From Deltaproteobacteria bacterium GWC2_65_14 (GTDB lineage Bacteria > Desulfobacterota > Deferrimicrobia > Deferrimicrobiales > Deferrimicrobiaceae): a stretch of DNA of 64,000 nucleotides. Below are positions 7,645 through 15,913 of this stretch, piece after piece; position 1 is the stretch's first letter, and the number at the start of each line of letters is the position of its first letter. Both the position numbers and the translations under genes were made by a program. The notes under the pieces were generated by a model. The model saw only the letters and a list, made by a program, of their open reading frames with translations, was not told the origin of the DNA and ran no database searches. The DNA is taken from NCBI GenBank assembly GCA_001797615.1, contig MGPV01000022.1, positions 5,311 to 69,310 of the forward strand, in the 5' to 3' direction.

Positions 7645-9108
7645 TCAGGCCCGACCGCCTCTTTTTCGCAATGCCTTCTCGTATATCGACAGGTACTCGC
7701 GCGCGGAGGCGTCCCACGAAAAATCCTTTGCCATCCCTCTCCGGACGATCGCCTTCCAGCGACGGCGGTTCGCATGGGCCGCAAGCGTCCTTGATATGGC
7801 ACGTATCAGCTCCCCGGCATCGTACCCGTTGAATTTGAAGCCCGTCCCGCCCGCGGGATCCTCGTCGGCGTCCACGACAGTATCCGCAAGCCCGCCGGTG
7901 TTTCGCACGATGGGCACCGTCCCGTACTTGAGGCTGCAGATCTGGGTAAGGCCGCAAGGCTCATAACGGGAAGGCATGAGGAAGATATCCGCTCCGGCCT
8001 GGACCTTGTGCGCCAACCGGTTATCGAACCCGAGCCGAAGCGAGACCTTGTCCGGACGGCGTCGGGCGAGTTCGGTTATCGACTGCTCGTATCTCCGCTC
8101 GCCCGTGCCGAGTACGACAAGGCGGACAGGCTGCTCCGCCAACCAGCCGCCGATCAGGTCAAGCAGGTCGACTCCCTTCTGGGCGGTCAGGCGTCCGATG
8201 AAACCGATGACGGGCTCCGACACCGGATCCGTCCAGCCGAACTCCGCGAGAAGGTCGGCCTTGCACGCCCCTTTCCCGGAAAGGTTGTACTTCGAATAGT
8301 GCGCGGCGATCAGGCGGTCCGTCTTCGGGTTCCACTCGTCGTAGTCGACACCATTCAAGATTCCGAATACATCTTCACGGCGCTGGTACAGAACACCTTC
8401 GAGACCGCAACCATAATCCGCGGTCTGTATCTCGCGGCTGTAGGTATGGCTTACGGTGGAAAGGACGTCTGAAAAAACCAGCCCCGCCTTCAGCAGGTTG
8501 ATTCTTCCGAAGAATTCAATCCCTTGGGGGGTGAACAGCTCCCAACCAAGTCCCGTGAGCGGCAGGTCGTGGGTCCAGAAAAGTCCCTGGTACCCGAGGT
8601 TGTGGAGCGTCATCACCGTTCCGGTCGAGCGGAATGCTTCCTCGTCCGCATAGAGCGTTCTCGCGTAGGCGGGGATCAGGGCGGTCTGCCACTCGTTGCA
8701 GTGGAGGATGTCGTAACGCCGGCCGGACCGTGTGATCCACTCCATGACGGATTTGCAGAAGAATGCGAAACGCTCGCAGTTGTCGACGTAATCCCCCTCC
8801 TTCGTGCCGTAGATGAATTCCCTGTCGAAGTACCGGTCGTTGCGGACCAGGAACGTCTTGACCCCGGAATCGGCACTTGTCTCCAGAATCACTCCGCGTT
8901 CTTCCCGGTGTCCCATAGGGACGCGGATATCGGGGCCCGTTGGGGACAGGGGGGACCCCTGCCCATCCAGGCCGCGGTAGAGAGGAAGGATACAATCGGC
9001 TTCCACCCCGATCTTCCTCAGCGCCTTGGGGAGGGCCCCGGCAACGTCGGCCAATCCTCCCGTCTTTGCGAACGGGGTAATTTCAGGGGATGCGATAAGG
9101 ACTCGCAT
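7645..9108 (-). CDS. glgA: glycogen synthase GlgA (GT5)
   Basis: 487 aa MRVLIASPEITPFAKTGGLADVAGALPKAL... canonical GlgA N-terminus and length; RBS GGAGAGAA. Confidence 0.9.
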   Translation of the reverse strand: MRVLIASPEITPFAKTGGLADVAGALPKALRKIGVEADCILPLYRGLDGQGSPLSPTGPDIRVPMGHREERGVILETSADSGVKTFLVRNDRYFDREFIYGTKEGDYVDNCERFAFFCKSVMEWITRSGRRYDILHCNEWQTALIPAYARTLYADEEAFRSTGTVMTLHNLGYQGLFWTHDLPLTGLGWELFTPQGIEFFGRINLLKAGLVFSDVLSTVSHTYSREIQTADYGCGLEGVLYQRREDVFGILNGVDYDEWNPKTDRLIAAHYSKYNLSGKGACKADLLAEFGWTDPVSEPVIGFIGRLTAQKGVDLLDLIGGWLAEQPVRLVVLGTGERRYEQSITELARRRPDKVSLRLGFDNRLAHKVQAGADIFLMPSRYEPCGLTQICSLKYGTVPIVRNTGGLADTVVDADEDPAGGTGFKFNGYDAGELIRAISRTLAAHANRRRWKAIVRRGMAKDFSWDASAREYLSIYEKALRKRGGRA

Positions 9109-9206
9109 GATGTTCTCTCCTCGACTCGACAGAAATGTCCTCCGTACAGCCAGGCCCGCTCCCTATTGTCGTGGGGTCGGTCCGGCGGCGGGCAATCCGG
9201 AGGGGG

Positions 9207-11750
9207 CTACTCCCACGTCACCAGCAGCGGGATGCAGGGGTTGACGAGGTCCGGATGCCGCGGGACGACCCTCGCGGCATACCCGTACCGACCGCTCGCA
9301 CGGCAAGGAATCTCCGCACTGAACGTCGCGACCTTCCCGTCGGTCCCCACAAGCCCGGCACGCACGATTTCCCGCCAGAGGGGCTCGCCTGAGGACCCCA
9401 TCGGCCCATGGACGATTTCCACCGCCACGTCCTCCGGGGAGAGGGGGCCGAGCTCGGCCCGGATGACGACGGGGGCCACCCCGTCGGCCTTGTACTCCGG
9501 ACCCCCGGGAGCCTCCTCGAAGTGCACGGAGACGCGGGGCCATGCCGTCCGCACCCGTCGCCATGATGCCAAAGCCTTCGCGGCGGCGAAATCGTCTTCC
9601 CCGAGATGATGACCCGCCCGATGGGCCGGAAGATAAAGCTTCTCCAGATACTCCTGGACCATCCGGTGCGTGTTGAAGTAGGCACCCAGCTTCCCCATCG
9701 ACGATTTCATCAGCGCGATCCAGCCTCGGGGCAGTCCCGCCCGGTCCCGGTCGTAGAAGAGGGGGACGATCTCCTCCTCGAGGAGGCTGTAGAGAGCCTC
9801 GCCCTCAACCTGGTCCTGCTCCTCCGGGTCCGCATAGACCTCGCCGCTGCCGATGGCCCACCCGGTATCCGGGGCATACCCCTCGCACCACCATCCGTCC
9901 AGGATGGAGACGTTGAGCGCGCCATTGGCGGCCGCCTTCATCCCGCTCGTCCCCGAGGCCTCGTGGGGACGCCGCGGCGTATTGAGCCAGACGTCTACCC
10001 CCTGGGTGAGGTACCGCGCGACGTTGATGTCGTAATCCTCGAGGAAGGCGATCCGGTGACGGATGCGTGGATCCCTCGCGAAATGGATGACCGCCTTGAT
10101 GACTTCCTTGCCGGCCTGGTCCTGCGGGTGCGCCTTCCCCGCGAAAAGAATCTGGACGGGTCGATCCGGGTTCGTGAGAAGCCGGACGAGCCGCTCCGGC
10201 TGACGGAACAGGAGCCAGGCGCGCTTGTACGTCGCGAACCGACGCGCGACGCCGATGGTGAGCGCCTCGGGGCTCAACAGCTCTTCGGCGGCCCGAAGCG
10301 CGGAGGCTCCCGCCCCCTGCCGCAAAAGCTGGGTCCGAATCCTCTTGCGGGCGAAGAAGACAAGCCGCTCCCGGCGCGTTTCGTGACGGCCCCACAGTTC
10401 GCTGGAGGGAACGGTGTCGATCCGCTCCCAGACCGAGTGGTCGGCCGGCTTCACGGAGAACCGCGGCCCCAGGTAGCGGGAAAACAGGTCTCCCATCTCG
10501 TGGCTGATCCAGGAGCGCGTGTGGATCCCGTTCGTGATGCACCCGATGGGGACTTCGGACTCGGGGAGGCCGGGCCATAGGTGCTGCCACATTTTCCGGG
10601 ATGTCTCCCCGTGGAGGCGGGCGACGCCGTTGACGAACGCGGCCGTCTTGAGGGCCAGGATCGTGAGCCCGAACTGATGGGACTTCTCGCCCGGCGCCTG
10701 CCCCATGCGGAGGAACTTCTGCCAGGAGAGCCCCAGCTGCTGCGCCATCGGCTGGAAATATTTCAGGACGAGCTCCGCGGCGAACACCTCGTTCCCCGCG
10801 GGTACGGGGGTGTGCGTCGTGAACACGGTGGAACCGTACACCTGCTCTCCCGCCTCGGCGAACGAAATCCCCCGCTCCGCCACGACCGCGCGGATCCGCT
10901 CCAGGGCCAGGAACGCCGAGTGCCCTTCGTTCATGTGGTAGACGGTGGGGGAGAGCCCCAGCGCCTTGAGCGCCCGCACGCCGCCGACACCCAGGATGAT
11001 CTCCTGCCGGATCCGCATCTCCCGGTCGCCTCCGTAGAGGGTCTCCGTAATTTCCCGGGCCGCGGGAGAATTGGTCTTCACGTTCGTGTCCAGGAGGTAG
11101 AGCGGCGTCCGTCCGACCTGGACGCGCCAGATCCTGACGTTTACGGTCTCGCCCCCCATCTCCACGTCGACGGTCAGCGCCTTGCCGTCCGGCCCTCGTT
11201 CGATCGTGACCGGCATGTTGAACCAGTCGTTGACGGGGTACTGCTCCTGCTGCCAACCGTCCTGGTTCAGGACCTGACGAAAGTACCCCTTCTGGTAGAG
11301 AAGGCCTACGCCAACCAGCGGGATCCCGAGGTCCGATGCCGACTTGAGGTGGTCGCCGGCCAGGACCCCAAGGCCGCCCGAGTAGATGGGCAGCCCCTCG
11401 TCGATCCCGAACTCGCAGGAGAAGTAGGCGGCGAGAAAATCCTTCTCCGCCGCGTATGTCTCGCGGAACCACCCCGGTGCTTTGAGGTAGTCGATGAACC
11501 TTGCATGCACGTCCCGCAGGTTTGCGACGAAGCTCTCGTCGCTTGCCGCCGATTCGAGGTCGTTCTGGGAAAGGGCGCCGAGCATCAGGACCGGGTTCTG
11601 GTACGACTTCTCCCAGAGATCCGGGTCGAGGCGGATGAACAGCTGGACCGCTTCCCAGTTCCAGCAGAACCAGAGGTTCATCGCAAGGTCCTTGAGAGGG
11701 AGCAGCGGCTCGGGAAGGTTCGGCTGAATATGGAAATGCCGGAATTTCAT
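9207..11750 (-). CDS. glgP: alpha-glucan (glycogen) phosphorylase, GT35 alpha-glucan-family type
   Basis: 847 aa MKFRHFHIQPNLPEPLLPLKDLAMNLWFCWNWEAVQLF...; PLP-dependent phosphorylase family. Confidence 0.9.
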   Translation of the reverse strand: MKFRHFHIQPNLPEPLLPLKDLAMNLWFCWNWEAVQLFIRLDPDLWEKSYQNPVLMLGALSQNDLESAASDESFVANLRDVHARFIDYLKAPGWFRETYAAEKDFLAAYFSCEFGIDEGLPIYSGGLGVLAGDHLKSASDLGIPLVGVGLLYQKGYFRQVLNQDGWQQEQYPVNDWFNMPVTIERGPDGKALTVDVEMGGETVNVRIWRVQVGRTPLYLLDTNVKTNSPAAREITETLYGGDREMRIRQEIILGVGGVRALKALGLSPTVYHMNEGHSAFLALERIRAVVAERGISFAEAGEQVYGSTVFTTHTPVPAGNEVFAAELVLKYFQPMAQQLGLSWQKFLRMGQAPGEKSHQFGLTILALKTAAFVNGVARLHGETSRKMWQHLWPGLPESEVPIGCITNGIHTRSWISHEMGDLFSRYLGPRFSVKPADHSVWERIDTVPSSELWGRHETRRERLVFFARKRIRTQLLRQGAGASALRAAEELLSPEALTIGVARRFATYKRAWLLFRQPERLVRLLTNPDRPVQILFAGKAHPQDQAGKEVIKAVIHFARDPRIRHRIAFLEDYDINVARYLTQGVDVWLNTPRRPHEASGTSGMKAAANGALNVSILDGWWCEGYAPDTGWAIGSGEVYADPEEQDQVEGEALYSLLEEEIVPLFYDRDRAGLPRGWIALMKSSMGKLGAYFNTHRMVQEYLEKLYLPAHRAGHHLGEDDFAAAKALASWRRVRTAWPRVSVHFEEAPGGPEYKADGVAPVVIRAELGPLSPEDVAVEIVHGPMGSSGEPLWREIVRAGLVGTDGKVATFSAEIPCRASGRYGYAARVVPRHPDLVNPCIPLLVTWE

Positions 11751-11788
11751 GGCGTTATCTCCTGGGAACTGTTCTTGCCCGGTTCCCC

Positions 11789-12574
11789 TTACCCGAAGAA
11801 CTCCTCCGCGATCGAGTAGACGATCATGTCGACCGTCTTTTCCTTCGCGGTAGCCTCCGCGAGCGGGACGGCGACGATCCGGTTCCCCTGGAGCGCCGCC
11901 ATCTTCCCGAACTCTCCCCGGTGGACCATTTCGGTCGCGTGGATGCCGTACCGGGTGGCGAGAACCCGGTCGTGCGCCGTCGGCGAGCCGCCCCGCTGGA
12001 TGTGGCCGAGCACGACGAACCGTGTCTCGAACTTCGTCCGCTTCTCGATGGCCGCGGCCAGCAACTGCGAGATCCCGCCCAGACGGACGTGGCCGAACTC
12101 ATCGGTCCTCGCCTCCTGGGTGACGAGTTCCCCTTCGACGCCGGCTTTCTCCCGGAACTTCGCCCCCTCGGCGACCACGACGATGCTGAAGTTCTTCCCG
12201 CGGCTGTGGCGGCGCAGGATCAGGTCACACACCTCATCGATGTCGATCGGTTTTTCCGGGATGAGGACGACGCTCGCCCCCCCGGCGATCCCCGCATAGG
12301 TGGCGATCCATCCCGCGTGGCGGCCCATCACTTCCACCACCATGACCCGGTTGTGCGATTCGGCCGTCGTGTGGATCCGGTCGATGGCGTCGGTTGCGAT
12401 GGAGACGGCCGTGTCGAACCCGAAGGTGAAATCGGTACCCGACAGGTCGTTGTCGATCGTCTTGGGGACGCCCACCACCCGGGAAGCGAAAGCGTCCGCC
12501 TTCCGAACCACCGCCCGGATCACGGCATTGAGGCCGGGGCAGTCCCCCCCTCCGGTGAGCACGCCGATCTTCAT
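11789..12574 (-). CDS. pfkA: 6-phosphofructokinase homolog with about 85-aa internal deletion (possible pseudogene)
   Basis: 261 aa MKIGVLTGGGDCPGLNAVIRAVVRKA then directly ...GVPKTIDNDLSGTDFTFGFDTA...LGHIQRGGSP. The region carrying the GGDGS motif is absent from contiguous DNA. Confidence 0.65.
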   Translation of the reverse strand: MKIGVLTGGGDCPGLNAVIRAVVRKADAFASRVVGVPKTIDNDLSGTDFTFGFDTAVSIATDAIDRIHTTAESHNRVMVVEVMGRHAGWIATYAGIAGGASVVLIPEKPIDIDEVCDLILRRHSRGKNFSIVVVAEGAKFREKAGVEGELVTQEARTDEFGHVRLGGISQLLAAAIEKRTKFETRFVVLGHIQRGGSPTAHDRVLATRYGIHATEMVHRGEFGKMAALQGNRIVAVPLAEATAKEKTVDMIVYSIAEEFFG

Positions 12575-12627
12575 CGCGGATTCCCCCTGCGCGAAAATAT
12601 ACGCAACAGAAAAAATATTTTTACGGT

Positions 12628-13227
12628 TCAGGCCCTTATTCCGGTCCTCACGAATTCGGGCTTCGGCTTGGGCACGAAGGACGGGTCCCACCACTTGTAT
12701 TCGTATATCTGCCCGTGTTTCCCCTCGAACGGTTCGATCTCCTTGAGGACCTTTGCAGGATTTCCTCCGACGATGGTGAACGGAGGGACGTCCTTGTTCA
12801 CCACGCTCGCGGAAGAAACGACGGACCCCCGCCCCACCGTGACCCCTTTCAGGATGATGCAGTGGCAGCCCACCCAGGCGCCCTCTTCCACGGTGGTCGG
12901 CATATCCTTCGGCGGATTGTAGCCGACACCGTGGTAGTCGGTATCGGTGATCGACGTTTTCCAGCCGATGAGGCAGTAGCCGCCGATCACCACCCTCACC
13001 TTGCTGTGGATCTCGACATCGTAATTGATGCTGGTGTAGTCGCCGATTTCAATGCGCGCCCCTTTCCCAACCTGGAGACGGAGCGGCCCCTGGAACTGGA
13101 CGTCTCCGATCAAGATCTCCCCTCCCCCGTTATTGACCAGGAGAGGACCGATCCTCTCCCAGTTCCCCTGCATGGTATAGTCCCCTCGCTCCAGTCCATC
13201 CCGGATGGTACGGTAGTCTTGCAACAT
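12628..13227 (-). CDS. hexapeptide-repeat (left-handed beta-helix) acetyltransferase, maltose/galactoside O-acetyltransferase-like
   Basis: about 199 aa with repeated [LIV]G..xx[IV] hexapeptides ...VRVVIGGYCLIGWKTSI...AWVGCHCIILKGVTVGRGSVVSSASVV... Confidence 0.65.
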   Translation of the reverse strand: MLQDYRTIRDGLERGDYTMQGNWERIGPLLVNNGGGEILIGDVQFQGPLRLQVGKGARIEIGDYTSINYDVEIHSKVRVVIGGYCLIGWKTSITDTDYHGVGYNPPKDMPTTVEEGAWVGCHCIILKGVTVGRGSVVSSASVVNKDVPPFTIVGGNPAKVLKEIEPFEGKHGQIYEYKWWDPSFVPKPKPEFVRTGIRA

Positions 13228-13277
13228 GGCTTCCCCCCTGCCCTGGAATTGGAGTGACAAACCTCCGGGTTTTTTCC

Positions 13278-14093
13278 CTAAACGCCTCGAACTGCATCAT
13301 CCGCCTTCTCCCTTCTTCCCTCCTTTCCCGCCGTTTTCGCCCGGTATATGCCGGTCAGCGACCGTACCGCCCGTACAAGGGAGGCAGGCCCGTCCACATT
13401 GACGGCCTTCGCAACCGACACCCAGCCTCCTATGGCAAATGCCGTTCCCCTGCGTGAAAGTACCCACCGCATCGCCACGGCGTCGTTTTCGTCATCTCCC
13501 GCGTAAATAATCCGTCCCTTGGATGGATGGAAACTCAAGTGGCGGCAAAGTCGTCGGATGCCGAAGGCCTTGTTTATCGTGGGAAGGAATTGCACATCGG
13601 CTACATCGGGGCCTCCGAAGACGCGAATCCCCGGATGTCGTTTCAATTCCTGAATCATCGGAAAAAGGACGAAGATCTCCTCCGGGTGAACGCGCAGGTA
13701 ATGAACCGCCACCGACCAACGCTTGTCTTCCAGCTCCACGCCATGAATCGTGGCGATCTTTCCCAGCACGGGAATCACGTTCCTCCGGGATTTTTCCAGT
13801 TCCCTCTCCGTTTCCTCGTCGGGAGGGAACAGGGCGCCTTCCGGATCGCGCCACGTAAGCCCGCTCCCTCCTCCCACGAAGACCCGCGGTACGGGGATCC
13901 GGGGGACGATGTCCTCGATGGACCGGCTGGAGAGTACGGCCACCCGGTCCCGAGGGTCGGCGGCAAGGTCCTTCAGAAGCTCCAGGGCATCCGGATGCAG
14001 ACGCGCCTCGTTGCGGTCGGGGACCAAGGGGGAAAGAGTTCCATCGAAGCCGAAGACCCATAGGTGCCGGATGCCGACGCCAGGCTTCACCAC
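13278..14093 (-). CDS. otsB: trehalose-6-phosphate phosphatase OtsB (HAD family)
   Basis: WVFGFDGTL (HAD motif I) ... YAGDDENDAVAM (motif IV); overlaps otsA stop by 7 nt. Confidence 0.85.
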   Translation of the reverse strand: MVKPGVGIRHLWVFGFDGTLSPLVPDRNEARLHPDALELLKDLAADPRDRVAVLSSRSIEDIVPRIPVPRVFVGGGSGLTWRDPEGALFPPDEETERELEKSRRNVIPVLGKIATIHGVELEDKRWSVAVHYLRVHPEEIFVLFPMIQELKRHPGIRVFGGPDVADVQFLPTINKAFGIRRLCRHLSFHPSKGRIIYAGDDENDAVAMRWVLSRRGTAFAIGGWVSVAKAVNVDGPASLVRAVRSLTGIYRAKTAGKEGRREKADDAVRGV

Positions 14094-15571
14094 GCCACCT
14101 CCGGAGCGAGAATCCGTTCCGATTCCTCGAAGATCCTCGCCCCCCAGCGAAACACGTTGTTCCCTTGCACCTGGGCGCGCATCCTCCCCATCCTCGGCCG
14201 GTAATCCTCCGCGGGCATGAGATAGGCCGCATGCATCGCATCCGCCATCTGATCGATGTCGTACGAGTTCACGAGCAGGGCATCCGCGAGCTCGCGGGCC
14301 GCGCCGGTGTAGATGGAGAGAATGAGGACCCCATCCCCGTCCGTGCGGGCGGAGATGAACTCCTTCGCCACCAGGTTCATCCCGTCATGGAGGGAAGTCA
14401 CGAGCCCGACATGGGCCAGACGGTACGCGGCAAGCACCGCGTGATAATCGTGGTGGCCCCGCAGGAACCGGATGGGCATCCAGGTTTCCGTCTGGTGGCG
14501 CCAGTTGATTTCGTCGATGAGGTCGTCCAGCTCATCGTTCAATTTCCTGTAGGCCTCGATGTGGGTCCGGCTGGGGGCGGCCAACTGGACCAGAGTGGCC
14601 TTCGCTTTCAACTCCGGATGACGTCTCAGCATCAGGTCGAAGGCGCGCAGGCGCTCCGGGATCCCTTTGGTGTAATCGATGCGGTCGGCGCCGACGAAAA
14701 GCTTCCCCCCGTTGCTCTCCCCCAACTCCTCAAGGAAACCCGCCATCTTCAGTCTTACGGCCGGAGATTCGCTGTCCATCCCGATCCGCGCGTAGTCCAC
14801 GCTGATCGGGAAGGCGCGGACATAGGTCGAATGGCCGCCGCGGAATGCGCGGAAGTTCTCGTAATCGACACGCGATTCGATCCCCCGGTCCACGGTGCCG
14901 AGGAAATTCCTGCAGTAGTATTGAATGTGGAACCCGATCAGATCGTTCCCGAGGAGACCGTCCAGCAGTTCCTCCGCGAAGGGGCAGATGCGGAACGTCT
15001 CGCGGTTGGGCCACGGGATGTGCCAGAACTGGATCACCTTGATGTCCGGCCGGGCCTCCTTGATCAGGCGCGGCAATAAGGACAAATGGTAGTCCTGGAT
15101 AAAGACGATCGCCGGGCCGGACCCCGCTTCCTCCAGGACCGCATCACGGAATCTCTTGTTGACGGCCCTGTAGGCATCCCAGTCGCACCGTGAAAAGCGC
15201 GGCCTCGAGTATACGTGGTGGCACAGCGGCCAGATCGCCGTGTTGGAAAGCCCGTAGTAATAGCCGTCCTCCTCCGCACGGGTGAGCCAGACGCGCTGAA
15301 GCACGTACTTGGGATCCTCCGGCGGGAGGGCGATGCGGCCACGCTCGCCTGCCACGAGCCGGTCTGCGGAGCCGGAGCCGTGGGCGATCCAGGTCCCTCC
15401 GACGGCGCGGACGATCGGCTCGATGGCGGCCACCATTCCGCTGGCCGGTCGAAGCACCCTGACCCCCTCCGCGACGCGCTCGTGCACGACCGGCTCCCGG
15501 TTGGACACCACGATGAGCTTCGCTCCCGTCGACACCCGGGAGACGACTTCCGCGAGTTCATCCGCCCTCAT
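14087..15571 (-). CDS. otsA: alpha,alpha-trehalose-phosphate synthase OtsA (GT20)
   Basis: about 494 aa ...LIVVSNREPVVHERV...; GT20 family length and motifs; start at internal ATG 15571 with GAGGAAG RBS. Confidence 0.85.
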   Translation of the reverse strand: MRADELAEVVSRVSTGAKLIVVSNREPVVHERVAEGVRVLRPASGMVAAIEPIVRAVGGTWIAHGSGSADRLVAGERGRIALPPEDPKYVLQRVWLTRAEEDGYYYGLSNTAIWPLCHHVYSRPRFSRCDWDAYRAVNKRFRDAVLEEAGSGPAIVFIQDYHLSLLPRLIKEARPDIKVIQFWHIPWPNRETFRICPFAEELLDGLLGNDLIGFHIQYYCRNFLGTVDRGIESRVDYENFRAFRGGHSTYVRAFPISVDYARIGMDSESPAVRLKMAGFLEELGESNGGKLFVGADRIDYTKGIPERLRAFDLMLRRHPELKAKATLVQLAAPSRTHIEAYRKLNDELDDLIDEINWRHQTETWMPIRFLRGHHDYHAVLAAYRLAHVGLVTSLHDGMNLVAKEFISARTDGDGVLILSIYTGAARELADALLVNSYDIDQMADAMHAAYLMPAEDYRPRMGRMRAQVQGNNVFRWGARIFEESERILAPEVAW

Positions 15572-15856
15572 GGCAAAACGTCTTCCTCTTCCCCGCGTAC
15601 CCTTTCCGCGCCCAGGAGAAAACGTTTCCCGCCGGGTCACGATCCGCCCCCGGCTCCACTCGGAGGCCCGGATCCCCGCGGCGGTTGTTTTGCGATGGTA
15701 GGATGCGAAGGGGGAGGAGTCACCCTCCGAAAGGAGGGAAAAATTCGGGAAGGGTCGGTCCTTTTTTAAAACAGGAATACGGGGATTGTCGACGGCTATC
15801 CCGCCACAATTTCCACGGGTCCACTTCCTTCCCGGGCTGCCGGGGGAACGGACGAG

Positions 15857-15882
15857 CCCGAAAAGGTGTTTGAAAACACCGG
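15857..15882 (-). terminator. probable intrinsic terminator downstream of the LuxR/MalT-like regulator (perfect 16-bp palindrome GGTGTTTGAAAACACC + T-run)
   Basis: Minus strand CCGGTGTTTTCAAACACCTTTTCGGG about 35 nt after the regulator stop; could alternatively be an operator upstream of otsA. Confidence 0.4.
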
Positions 15883-15913
15883 GGTTCGCGGAGGACGGAT
15901 ACGCGGCAGCGGT

